Part shown: positions 17,868-26,963 of the stretch, piece after piece | How positions within the stretch are numbered: position 1 is the stretch's first letter | Layout: each line of letters opens with the position of its first letter | Source of the DNA: a virus | Virus record (IMG/VR): IMGVR_UViG_3300031112_000001 | Direction: 5' to 3' (one strand) | DNA: 64,000 bases | Position numbers and translations under genes: made by a program | Notes under the pieces: model-generated | What the model saw: only the letters and a program-made list of their open reading frames with translations | What the model was told of the DNA's origin: nothing | Database searches by the model: none

Positions 17868-19863
17868 AGGGCGTCCGGGCTCCGGTCGCGTTGCGCCGTC
17901 AGAGAGCAATGATACTGCTCAACTGATGGCCATCATGGAAGCTAACCCGTCTCTGGGCATTGCTCAGGCCCGGGTGTTGCTTGACGAACAACGTGGGCTC
18001 GCTAAGCTGGAAGAGCAAGAGAACGCTCAACCGTTAGCCAGTCCTCCCGTCCGTGAGGATATCGCTCCGGCAAACATCACACACCAACACGTTCACGTGG
18101 AGCCGCCTGAACCACTGCAAGCTGCTCCGCTGGACGTGAAGCCGCAGGAACAAGCGGTGCAGCCGCTTCATCCCCCTATTCGCTCTACAGCGTTTATGGA
18201 TGCGGCGGTGGCCGCTGCTGCGCCTGCTGCCCCTTCTTTTTTGCCTCCGGAAGAGCCACAGCCTGCCCCTGAGCCGTTGACTGCCCAACCGGTAGCCCAA
18301 CCTGCTCAGACCGCAGAGCCGCTTCTGCCAGAGCAGAAAGAAGAACGTGTGCCGGATTACCAAAAAGCGGGTAAGCCGACCATTCGTCTGGGCAAGTCAC
18401 TGGCCACCAGTGAAATCAATGCCATCGATTCTGAAGACCAAGAACTCCTGCTACTCGGCATGGGTGATCTGGTGGGGCCGATGCAATCCCTGCCGGAAAT
18501 GCAAAAGCACGTGAATCAGTTCTTCTCAAGTTTGGAACGTGACCCGCGCACCAATGCGCCACTGTTCCGTTCTGAGGAAGAAGAAAGCACATTCTCCCGT
18601 CTGCAGGCGGCACTGGCGAACACCCCACCAACCGCGCCGGGTACGCGTAGCGCCAGCTTCGATATGGCGATGGGTCGTGAAGACACGGTATGGAACCAAG
18701 GCATTCAGCCGGACGGTCAACCGTACCGTGGTGTGGTCAGTGTGAACACCGGCGGCAAAGGTGCTATCGCTGCACTGCGCCGTAAACGTAAGTCAGGTTC
18801 ACCGTCTACGGTCTTCCTGCCTGCGTCCGGTTTCTGCATTAGCTTCCGTGCCCCACACGAACGTGACTTCTGTGACTTCGATATTCGCATGGCGCTGGAA
18901 ACCGCGAAAGTTGGCATGAGCTCCTACGGGTTGCTGATGTCTGCCTCGTCCGGTATCTACGTGCGTAACATCGTTGAGTTCTGTCTGCTGTTTGTTGAAG
19001 GCTGTTCACTGGAACTTGGCGGGGATGACCTGAAGACCACCCTTATCGATCGTATCGATAAAGATGACTACTGGTTCATTATCGTCGGCATGTTGGCGGC
19101 GAAATTCCCATCGGGTATTCCGTGGGGCTTAAGCTGTCTGAACCCGGCATGTGACCACGTGCAGGAAGGGCGTCTGAATCTGGCTCGTGCGATTCGCATG
19201 GGAACCAGCTTACTGGCTGATGAGCAGCGCCAGCTGTATTACCGTCAGCGCAGTGAAGATGCCTCTGAAAACACCATCACGTACGAAGAGCAAACGCAGT
19301 ACCGCCAGCAGCACAAGTCGGTGGCCGCGTCTCTCTTTGAGAAAGACGGCGTGACGATTGAGTTCGGTCGTTCTTCGCTGGGTGACTTCTTTGATGTTAC
19401 CGAAGAGTGGGCGGATGAAATCAACGAAACCACTACGCGTGCGTTGACTGACTACGCCACCGAGAAAGACCGTGAGACCCATCTGCGTGTGAACGCGGAG
19501 TCTCGTCGTCTGACGCGTTACCTGCACATGGTGAAATCCATTTCGATTGATGAAGGCGAAGGTCGGGTGTCGAAAGCCACCAACCGGGCTGAAATCAAAA
19601 CCATGCTGGCAGAGATGTCGTCTGACCGTCTGTACGTGACAGAGTTCGAAGCGGCGGTAACGAAGTTCACCGAGATGTCTCGCTTGGCGGTGTTTGGCTA
19701 CATGGGCAAGAAGTGCCCACAGTGCCAGCATTCGCAGGGTGAGACTGACGGTGACTTCCGCGGTATCGTGACCATCTCACCGGACAGGGTTTTTTTCGCG
19801 CTATCTCGTGCGGTGTCCGCAATGCAGAGGCTTTGGCTCAGTCAATACGCCGATATTGGCTAG
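17854..19863 (+). CDS. hypothetical protein (669 aa) with ~150-aa Pro/Ala/Gln-rich segment and C-terminal CxxC
   Basis: ATG at 17854 (AAGGAA RBS) overlaps the upstream stop by 14 nt. Has a low-complexity segment PPVREDIAP...PEPLTAQPVAQPAQTAEPLLPEQ and KKCPQCQH near the C-terminus. Confidence 0.75.
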   Translation: MSQNEGRPGSGRVAPSESNDTAQLMAIMEANPSLGIAQARVLLDEQRGLAKLEEQENAQPLASPPVREDIAPANITHQHVHVEPPEPLQAAPLDVKPQEQAVQPLHPPIRSTAFMDAAVAAAAPAAPSFLPPEEPQPAPEPLTAQPVAQPAQTAEPLLPEQKEERVPDYQKAGKPTIRLGKSLATSEINAIDSEDQELLLLGMGDLVGPMQSLPEMQKHVNQFFSSLERDPRTNAPLFRSEEEESTFSRLQAALANTPPTAPGTRSASFDMAMGREDTVWNQGIQPDGQPYRGVVSVNTGGKGAIAALRRKRKSGSPSTVFLPASGFCISFRAPHERDFCDFDIRMALETAKVGMSSYGLLMSASSGIYVRNIVEFCLLFVEGCSLELGGDDLKTTLIDRIDKDDYWFIIVGMLAAKFPSGIPWGLSCLNPACDHVQEGRLNLARAIRMGTSLLADEQRQLYYRQRSEDASENTITYEEQTQYRQQHKSVAASLFEKDGVTIEFGRSSLGDFFDVTEEWADEINETTTRALTDYATEKDRETHLRVNAESRRLTRYLHMVKSISIDEGEGRVSKATNRAEIKTMLAEMSSDRLYVTEFEAAVTKFTEMSRLAVFGYMGKKCPQCQHSQGETDGDFRGIVTISPDRVFFALSRAVSAMQRLWLSQYADIG

Positions 19864-20276
19864 ACAGCGAGCACGTTTCAACCGAGACCATCATCACGAC
19901 CTTAAAGCTTGATGCCACGTCACTCTTTAAAAGTCGTAAAGGCAAACCCATCACGTATCAGGAAGCACACGACACGTTGTTGGGGGCGTTCGACGATGCC
20001 ATTGAACATGACACCGGGCCAAACTCGGTGTTCTTCTCTGACTTCGACGACCCGCTGACCGGTTCTCTGTTGGACATCTGGTTGGACACGTACATCCGTG
20101 AGCGCATAGGTGAGCGGTTCAACCTGTCGTTTGATGAATTCCTTGACCGGCCCCGTTATGAAATCATGCGCATGATAAGTGTCGTTGGGCGTTATAACGC
20201 GGTGGTCAATCGGGAAATCAACAAAGCAGGGAAAGATGTTGACTCGTTGGAACAACAGTTGCACGGGAAAACGTAG
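19833..20276 (+). CDS. hypothetical protein (about 147 aa; start uncertain)
   Basis: The only in-frame start candidate near the 5' end is TTG at 19833, which overlaps the upstream gene by 31 nt. Followed by terminator 20283-20309. Confidence 0.5.
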   Translation: MAQSIRRYWLDSEHVSTETIITTLKLDATSLFKSRKGKPITYQEAHDTLLGAFDDAIEHDTGPNSVFFSDFDDPLTGSLLDIWLDTYIRERIGERFNLSFDEFLDRPRYEIMRMISVVGRYNAVVNREINKAGKDVDSLEQQLHGKT

Positions 20277-20282
20277 CATCGT

Positions 20283-20309
20283 GGGGGCTTCGGCCCCCTT
20301 TCTTTTTTT
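20283..20309 (+). terminator. rho-independent terminator (UUCG loop)
   Basis: GGGGGC-ttcg-GCCCCC then TTTCTTTTTTT. Confidence 0.85.
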
Positions 20310-20348
20310 GTCAGGGCGATGTTATGAACCCTTTGAAGGACACACACC

Positions 20349-21194
20349 ATGAATATCTACGACGATGTCGCTGACCAGCTCATTGCCCATCGGCATGAGA
20401 CCCGCGCTGCGGCAATGTTAGACCTGACCACTATCTTGATTGACAACGGCTATGAGCCGGCGTTGACCGAGATTTACCATCAGCCGATTCCTGACCCGAA
20501 CGAAGAAACCATTCGTTACGAAGAGATTATCATTCGCTGTGCTAAAAACTTTGGGTCGAAATGCGGCATCGCGTTTAACCCACAGGTAGCATGGCACAAA
20601 CCCAAAGAGACGGGGTTGATTCTCCATGGTCTCTTAGAAGGCTTTGAGGCCAACGAAGATGTGGACACCCTGTACGGTATCGTGCTCTCGGGTGAGCCGC
20701 CTATCTTTGTACTGGAAAACCTGATTCGCTACGTCTTCGGTGATGACAACCTGCATGTTGAGGATTTAATCATCAACGTCGAGAACCGGGTGATGACGGT
20801 ACTTCAAAACTTCCTCTCTGCGGCGACCATTGAGAAGAACAATCTCAACACCAACGATCGCATGGCACACATCGCAGCCTACCTGCGCTATTACCCACAG
20901 AACCCCAGTGCATGGGTCTTTATGAACCTGCCACCGGAAGTCGAGGAGAAAGTCCTTATTCAGCAGCTTGACTTCGGGGAAGACAACGGGGTAAGTGCCC
21001 TGGAATTACTGGCCATCTACAGCGTGGGCTTGTGTGTTGCCCAGTGTGATGATTTTGACAGCGCTTACACGCAGCTGGAGAAGTCTTTTGAAGCATTGAA
21101 TACAGATGGGTACCCTGCGACCCCAACGCTTCAGGAAGGCTTACAGGCGCTTAAAACCATATACGGGGTAACAGTGGAACATGAACAAGCTTGA
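20349..21194 (+). CDS. hypothetical protein (281 aa)
   Basis: GAAGGA RBS. The long ORF fills the gap between a terminator and the next gene. Confidence 0.75.
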   Translation: MNIYDDVADQLIAHRHETRAAAMLDLTTILIDNGYEPALTEIYHQPIPDPNEETIRYEEIIIRCAKNFGSKCGIAFNPQVAWHKPKETGLILHGLLEGFEANEDVDTLYGIVLSGEPPIFVLENLIRYVFGDDNLHVEDLIINVENRVMTVLQNFLSAATIEKNNLNTNDRMAHIAAYLRYYPQNPSAWVFMNLPPEVEEKVLIQQLDFGEDNGVSALELLAIYSVGLCVAQCDDFDSAYTQLEKSFEALNTDGYPATPTLQEGLQALKTIYGVTVEHEQA

Positions 21195-22485
21195 TTACCT
21201 GATTGCCGCCTGTAAAAGTGGGGCGTGGCGCAGACTGGTCTGGCGGTTGAGTATCTTCAACGTCTGCCAGTTTCCGGCCAATGAAGTACCCGAGCAGTAC
21301 GACCTGAATTACCTTGACGGCTACCCGCACTATTGGGAAGCGGCAGATGAAGACAGCCCGGGCGAGTGGATTAAAATCGAGGGAGCGGATAAGGACAAGG
21401 AGTTGTTCTACGCAGAAGACCGCTTCACCCTGATACCTGACCATTATCCGGGATTCGAAGGGAAGATTGAGACGGGTGTGGGACGCTACGTCTTTAACTG
21501 GATTGTCATCTATTACGCCTTTGGGACACGCATGCCGTATTTGGCGGATGCCCCCACGGCGATGGTCTACCAGTCGGAGATTTACAAACGCTGTCTGGAC
21601 ACCGAGGACGAAGACCCGGAGAATGAAGAGGCGATTCGCCCGAGCATGGTTGGGAAGTTTATTCAGGGCTTGAGCGAGATTGCCCCGATGACCATTGCCA
21701 TTGCCCCGACCGGTACGTTGCGTTCGCTCTCGGTTCACCCTGACACGTACAAGATGCGTGATGCGCTCTTGCTCAAGCACAAAGACGAGCTGGATAACCC
21801 AGCGGTTATCGTTGAGATTGAGAAGGCGTTGGATGCGCTGGATACCGAGTGGTTATCCGGTGACCAATCCATTCAGTTCTACGCCTCCAAGAAATCGCGT
21901 ATGCGTCGCCGTAAACTGTTCCTGATGTACGGCATCGAAACCGCCTTTAAAGAAGGTGCGGACTTTACCCTGATTCCAACTTCCCTGATGGAAGTGGATA
22001 AAACGGGTATGGAGTATCTGGTTGACAAGTACAACTCGACGCGTGAAGGCTCGTTCATGCGCGGTGCAGAAACCGCCAAAGGTGGTGAACAGGTACGTAT
22101 CATCCAGATGATTTTCCAGAACCACCGTATCGTCGAAGGTGACTGCGGGACGAAGTTAACCCACGCGGTTCAAATCACACCGGCCAACCAATTCATGTAC
22201 GTCGGCATGAACTCCGTGGAGAACGGCAAGTACGTGCTCCTGAGTAAAGACGCACTGAAAGGCATGATCGGTAAAACTGTTCGTATTCGTCGACCTATTT
22301 TATGCCAACGGGGGCACGTGGACTGCTGCGCGGCTTGTGCGTCTCCTGACAAAGCAAAAGAAGAACGCGCGATTGCCGCCGATATTGCAACCGGGATGTC
22401 CAACATCATGTTGAACGCCATGGGTGCGATGCACGGCCGTGAAACCGTCGTTGAAGAATACGATCCCCTAATCCACATTACGTAA
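21181..22485 (+). CDS. Multisubunit RNA polymerase beta-prime-like subunit, C-terminal-type fragment (434 aa version)
   Basis: ASKKSRMRRRKLFLMYGIET...IPTSLMEV...YNSTREGSFMRGAETAKGGEQVRIIQMIFQNHRIVEGDCGT aligns to bacterial [20 protein letters not shown]...ITANFREGL...[41 protein letters not shown]. It is a second, divergent copy of the region also present in 13094-15193. Confidence 0.8.
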   Translation: MNKLDYLIAACKSGAWRRLVWRLSIFNVCQFPANEVPEQYDLNYLDGYPHYWEAADEDSPGEWIKIEGADKDKELFYAEDRFTLIPDHYPGFEGKIETGVGRYVFNWIVIYYAFGTRMPYLADAPTAMVYQSEIYKRCLDTEDEDPENEEAIRPSMVGKFIQGLSEIAPMTIAIAPTGTLRSLSVHPDTYKMRDALLLKHKDELDNPAVIVEIEKALDALDTEWLSGDQSIQFYASKKSRMRRRKLFLMYGIETAFKEGADFTLIPTSLMEVDKTGMEYLVDKYNSTREGSFMRGAETAKGGEQVRIIQMIFQNHRIVEGDCGTKLTHAVQITPANQFMYVGMNSVENGKYVLLSKDALKGMIGKTVRIRRPILCQRGHVDCCAACASPDKAKEERAIAADIATGMSNIMLNAMGAMHGRETVVEEYDPLIHIT

Positions 22486-22495
22486 GGACTGAATC

Positions 22496-23017
22496 ATGGG
22501 TTCTGCTACCAACGATACCAATACCAACGCTGTACGCGTTGATACACCAAAGCGCGACAACGATGTTGTCTCCACTGCGGGTTATACGCAGGATGAAAAG
22601 TACGCAGTGAAGTTAATCACTGAGCTGTTGGACGAAGCCGGCAAAGCCACTGCGCCGGGCAAACCAACCGGGACGCAGGAAGAGAAGCAAGCCATCGCCA
22701 AAGTGCAACAGGCGTGGCGTAAGCTGTGGGAACTGCGTGGTGATGCGTTTATGGATGCCTTCGGTGTGTTTGTGACCTCGGCCACGAAATACAGCAAAGG
22801 GCTGTTCAGCCTGACCACCATTAACCGCTTTATGGAAAGCTTCCCCGACCAATCTGAGCGTGAAGTGTACCTTATCTTCATTAACAACGTGGCCCGGTTT
22901 GCGAAGTCCCAGAACAAAGCGGATTACGGTCAGCGTAATAACATCGACCGCCTGATTCGCCGTCTGGTCGATAATGACCTGAAGCAGTTGGTTGCTCACG
23001 CCTTCAACGTCATTTAA
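22496..23017 (+). CDS. hypothetical protein (173 aa)
   Basis: TAAGGA RBS. Followed by a bidirectional terminator. Confidence 0.75.
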   Translation: MGSATNDTNTNAVRVDTPKRDNDVVSTAGYTQDEKYAVKLITELLDEAGKATAPGKPTGTQEEKQAIAKVQQAWRKLWELRGDAFMDAFGVFVTSATKYSKGLFSLTTINRFMESFPDQSEREVYLIFINNVARFAKSQNKADYGQRNNIDRLIRRLVDNDLKQLVAHAFNVI

Positions 23018-23027
23018 AAAGTAAAGG

Positions 23028-23064
23028 CCCTACTACTCGAAGGAGTAGTAGGGTTTCTTTTATT
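23028..23064. terminator. bidirectional terminator between convergent genes
   Basis: CCCTACTACTC-gaag-GAGTAGTAGGG (11 bp) with T-rich flanks on both strands. Confidence 0.75.
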
Positions 23065-23260
23065 TGCGGCTTAGTCGTCCGATGAGGAACGCTGCGGTAA
23101 GTTGGACTTCTTGGCTCGGGCCCGTCTCCTCCTCTTCCTCGCAGACCTCTCTTCGCGTCTCTTCTCGCACATACGTGCTAGGTCGTGCTTCGGTACGCCG
23201 CGCCAATTGCGGATTAATTGTCTGAGCCAAGCCCAGCGTGGTTTCAAGGATAGCAAACAT
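23060..23260 (-). CDS. hypothetical small protein (66 aa)
   Basis: ATG at 23260 with GGGAGGAG just upstream, 12 nt after the DNA polymerase stop. Ends at the terminator. An alternative TTG frame gives an Arg-rich peptide. Confidence 0.45.
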   Translation of the reverse strand: MFAILETTLGLAQTINPQLARRTEARPSTYVREETRREVCEEEEETGPSQEVQLTAAFLIGRLSRK

Positions 23261-23272
23261 AACTCCTCCCGA

Positions 23273-25045
23273 TTAATGGGTTTTGTGTTCAGCGTTGTCG
23301 GCCATACGCTTCATGAAGGTTTCGAGTACGGTGTCTTTGTCTGGCAGCAAGAAGAAGTCCGTGGCAATCTCCATGGCATTGATACGTCCCGCAGTCAGGT
23401 TCACCCCCACACGACGGCGCACTTCTTCGGTTACCCCATCAACGTAGATAAGCTCAATCAACGTTGTCTCACGTGATTGGTTTAACATATTCGTTGCCGA
23501 TGGGTAGGCCTGCGTTAAGTCGGCATCCGCGGTTTGACCACGGAAGGCAGAATGGAAATCGCCAATCTCTGCCAGTATGTTACGCAAACCGTTCTCTTGG
23601 TTCATGTGTGCGGGCAGGGTAACAATCCAACCGTCGGTACCGATAACCTCCTCATCCTTCTCGTTGCGCATCTCCTTACCGGTTGCCCCGATGACCAGTC
23701 CTTGGTCGTACAGGTAAAAGGTGTAGGCATTACAGATACGTTTGGGTAGGGAGGGGAAGATATCGAACATCGACACACCGGCCAGCACCGAGAACGCCGA
23801 CGCCAAGTCTTTGGTCTTGTGGTCCAACAGGATAATCAACAGGTTATCCATGATGTTGTAGACCGCATACTCCGCCGGGAAGTCTCGTTGGGCTTTATCG
23901 TGCCAGCTCAGTTTGTCTTCGTAGTCCAGACCCGGAATGCTTAACTTACCAACCCCGATTTCGCTTTCCAGAATTGAACTGAGTTTATAGTTCGGACGGT
24001 TACCTTCATGCGTACGGATTTTCTTAAACAAGCACATGGCATCAACACAATAGAACGACGCCATGCAGTACATCACATGCCACTGGTCAGCTGGGGATTT
24101 GGTCAGTGACTTGGACTCGGTCTTTTTGTTGGCTTGGTCTTCTTTGAACCAGCAACGGCGATACTTAACCGGGACATCAGGATGACAGTAAACATCCTCA
24201 GCAGGAATACCCTCAGCCGCCAACTGATTGATGATGCAGTTGTGGTCGAACTGGTGGTTCCATGCTACAACCAAGTCCGGCAACCGCTCATGGATTTTCT
24301 GGAACATCGAGACGATACACGCCCCCGGTGTTGCACAGGTATAAACAAAGAGTTGGTAATCGCCAAGCACATCCCTCTCGACCCACTTCTCTTCCCCGGT
24401 GGCTTTGTCCTTTTCCAAGAACGGGACTCGGGTTAAGAGCTCTTTGGCTTTCTTGGCAATAATCTGGTCAGCATCTTTACCGATGCGATCCATGTACGGC
24501 TTGTCACCAAAGAAGTGAATCTCATCATCCAGCACAAAGCTCATGATGTTTGGTTCACGGTCACGCCCTTCCCGCACGTTGGTTTCCACGTCGATAACGC
24601 AGATGCGGTTTTCAGAAACGAACTGTGACCACTTCTTGAGGTACTGGTTCTTGATGTACGTGGGCAGGGTTAAGTCCGCCCAATAGACAAACGGACTGCT
24701 GCACGCCTGACGCAGGCTTTTCTTTTTGTCAACGAAACGATAGCCGAGTCCCAACTGAATGGTGGCTGCCATGTTCACATCGGTGGTCATGAATTCCTGA
24801 CACTTGCCGCGCTCTTCGTACTCTTTCTTTTCTTGGTGATTCCGGTGCTGTGGCAGAGTAATGTAGATGGGGCGTTTAACGTTCTCTGCAATGCGGATAG
24901 CCGGTATCTGCCGACCATCATTAGTATGGATGACCTCTTTGACGAGGACACAGTCATTCTCTTTTTCTTCGTCTGTGGCGTACGTAATGTTTTTACATTC
25001 ACGTCCCGCGATATCAGAGGGACTGTAATACTGATTCTGTTCCAT
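23273..25045 (-). CDS. Family-B DNA polymerase, N-terminal half (3'-5' exonuclease domain plus polymerase motif A only)
   Basis: ExoI ICVIDVETNV, ExoII VVAWNHQFDHNCI, ExoIII YAVYNIMDNLL, then DADLTQAYPS (motif A, DxxSLYPS-like) about 70 aa from the C-terminus. No KxxxNSxYG or YGDTDS motifs. Confidence 0.75.
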   Translation of the reverse strand: MEQNQYYSPSDIAGRECKNITYATDEEKENDCVLVKEVIHTNDGRQIPAIRIAENVKRPIYITLPQHRNHQEKKEYEERGKCQEFMTTDVNMAATIQLGLGYRFVDKKKSLRQACSSPFVYWADLTLPTYIKNQYLKKWSQFVSENRICVIDVETNVREGRDREPNIMSFVLDDEIHFFGDKPYMDRIGKDADQIIAKKAKELLTRVPFLEKDKATGEEKWVERDVLGDYQLFVYTCATPGACIVSMFQKIHERLPDLVVAWNHQFDHNCIINQLAAEGIPAEDVYCHPDVPVKYRRCWFKEDQANKKTESKSLTKSPADQWHVMYCMASFYCVDAMCLFKKIRTHEGNRPNYKLSSILESEIGVGKLSIPGLDYEDKLSWHDKAQRDFPAEYAVYNIMDNLLIILLDHKTKDLASAFSVLAGVSMFDIFPSLPKRICNAYTFYLYDQGLVIGATGKEMRNEKDEEVIGTDGWIVTLPAHMNQENGLRNILAEIGDFHSAFRGQTADADLTQAYPSATNMLNQSRETTLIELIYVDGVTEEVRRRVGVNLTAGRINAMEIATDFFLLPDKDTVLETFMKRMADNAEHKTH

Positions 25046-25117
25046 GGGTGTCTCTCAAGCTATATAGGGCTTCTATAGTTATCCAGCGGAGACGTAATTT
25101 TCTTAGAAGGAAAGATA

Positions 25118-26473
25118 ATGAAAGGTTACTGGGCTAAACGCGCCAAGACGGTGGCTGAGCATAAGCTCGTTGCCGCGGAGTCAATTCGATTCCAAGATAA
25201 AAAGAAGCTTGCGGCATTAGCGGAATTGGTTGAAGCCTTTCGGCGTGCCGGTGACTTCTCTCCTGCCGGGTATGAAAACTCCGGCATTGAAAAGTGGGTA
25301 TTAGAAAACTGTGGTATCACCATCTTCTTTCGCAACGGCTCTGAAATCGGCTTAGCCGCTTATGCCTTTGCCGGTGTTGAGCCACCTAAGCTTGATGCCA
25401 ACAACCCAATTGTCTCCAACCTCCATCGCCAGTATTACCGTGGCAACAATGACTTGGATGCGTACACCAAGTTCATTAAAGAGAACGAACTGGCAGGCTC
25501 GTTTGATGACAGCAATGCCAAAATCTCCGGTGACCTGTCGAAGGTCTCAAGTCCGCTGTATGTGACGCCTGTCCTGATGGACGGTCTGAAGATGACGGAC
25601 TACGAGATTGCCGCCATCATCCTGCATGAAGTGGGCCACGTTTATTACTACTTCCGCAGCCTGATGCGTGGGGTGGTGGTGAACCTGATTGCTGACGCTG
25701 CCGCGAACCGCATGATGGGCATGGAGTCGGATGTGGAGAAGCTGCGCGTTATCAAAGACGTTGAGCGTATGCTGAACACCAAAATCGACCAGCCGGAAAC
25801 CATCTGCAAAGAGTTCAAGAAAGAGAACATCTATATCCACTTGGTGACCGCGACCCTCTTAGAGCGTCCGAACATCACCGGGGGTGAAGGGTTTGGTAAC
25901 CGTTCGTGGGAACGTGCGGCGGATGACTACGCTGCCCGCTTCGGCGCAGCCCCGCATCTGGCAACCGGTCTGTACAAACTGGAAACCGCCCCGATGTATC
26001 TGCTGCGTAGCAGCTCGTACATGAACATGGGTGTGCACCTGACGCTGGAGCTCGGCCGGGTTTCCCTGTTGGTGTTGTGGTCAACCACGCCAATGGGTCT
26101 GCTGCTGGCTACCGCCTCCATCGCCTTTGGCCTGCTGGCCAATGACCCGTCGGCTACTATCTACGATCCACCGCAAGAGCGCTTTGAAACCATGCGTCGT
26201 GCATTGGTTGAAGAACTCAAGACACTGGAAGGGGCGAACACCAAAGCAGCGAACGCCCACCGCCAGCGTATCTTGGAAGGTATCTCGCAGATTGATGATT
26301 TGCTCAAAGTCGTGAAAGACAAAGACAATCTCTACGCGTTTATCTACAAGAACCTCATCCCGTCCGGTCGCCGTGAACGTGACGCGGTGGACTACCAGCG
26401 CGATGTGGAATCGTATCTGTCTAACGACCTGACTGTTGCCATGAACAAACTGAAGGCGTCTTCCGCAAAGTAG
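25118..26473 (+). CDS. HEXXH zinc metallopeptidase-like membrane protein
   Basis: AAIILHEVGHVYYY motif. Hydrophobic helices VSLLVLWSTTPMGLLLATASIAFGLLA lie downstream. GAAGGA RBS. Confidence 0.6.
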   Translation: MKGYWAKRAKTVAEHKLVAAESIRFQDKKKLAALAELVEAFRRAGDFSPAGYENSGIEKWVLENCGITIFFRNGSEIGLAAYAFAGVEPPKLDANNPIVSNLHRQYYRGNNDLDAYTKFIKENELAGSFDDSNAKISGDLSKVSSPLYVTPVLMDGLKMTDYEIAAIILHEVGHVYYYFRSLMRGVVVNLIADAAANRMMGMESDVEKLRVIKDVERMLNTKIDQPETICKEFKKENIYIHLVTATLLERPNITGGEGFGNRSWERAADDYAARFGAAPHLATGLYKLETAPMYLLRSSSYMNMGVHLTLELGRVSLLVLWSTTPMGLLLATASIAFGLLANDPSATIYDPPQERFETMRRALVEELKTLEGANTKAANAHRQRILEGISQIDDLLKVVKDKDNLYAFIYKNLIPSGRRERDAVDYQRDVESYLSNDLTVAMNKLKASSAK

Positions 26474-26484
26474 CAACCGAGTCT

Positions 26485-26952
26485 GTGGGCCGCGGGCAAT
26501 CCCTCTGGATGGTATTACCCTTCCATTGGAGCCCGCTCTCACCCGTGCAGATAGACCATGACCTCAACGGTATGCGTTACGGCGTGGAGACTCCGCCGTT
26601 AATTGCGTACAGCAGTAAAGTTGAGGCCATCAAGGCCGGAATTGAATGGGCGTCATTTAAAAATCGGTCAGCCGATTCAGAAAATTCCGTGGGGTCTTCT
26701 TCTGCACCAATGAAGGTAGAGCAGCGTGGAAACACGTTATACTTGAAGGCACTGGGTTCGAGTAACACCCTCGTCAGTCAAGACACCATCTATCTTTATC
26801 GGCTTGACCCGAATGCCGCCTCTGAAGCGTGGCAACAGTCTTACGAAGGGTCCTTGCAATACTTCACGCACGGCGTAACCCCGTACGCGGAAGTCACGCA
26901 CGACTCACTTCTCAATCTTATCAAAGACGCCGGTCTCACCGTCGCTTACTGA
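26485..26952 (+). CDS. hypothetical protein (up to 155 aa; start uncertain)
   Basis: GTG at 26485 or ATG at 26509/26571; none has a strong SD. Confidence 0.5.
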   Translation: MGRGQSLWMVLPFHWSPLSPVQIDHDLNGMRYGVETPPLIAYSSKVEAIKAGIEWASFKNRSADSENSVGSSSAPMKVEQRGNTLYLKALGSSNTLVSQDTIYLYRLDPNAASEAWQQSYEGSLQYFTHGVTPYAEVTHDSLLNLIKDAGLTVAY

Positions 26953-26963
26953 AAGGTATTATC

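Noticed and set aside
23071-23256. 61-aa Arg-rich alternative frame (…RKRRRRARAKKS…) overlapping the 66-aa ORF downstream of the DNA polymerase
   Set aside because: It needs a TTG start with poor SD spacing. The ATG frame at 23260 has GGGAGGAG just upstream. Kept only as a note because dual coding cannot be excluded from sequence alone.
25046-25117. Divergent gap between DNA polymerase and peptidase genes as another copy of the GATAGATATTATC motif (contains CTATAGTTATCC)
   Set aside because: Only a 6-7 nt partial resemblance, and the spacing to (G/A)TGA is absent. Recorded instead as a distinct inverted repeat (CTATATAGGGCTTCTATAG) of unknown function.
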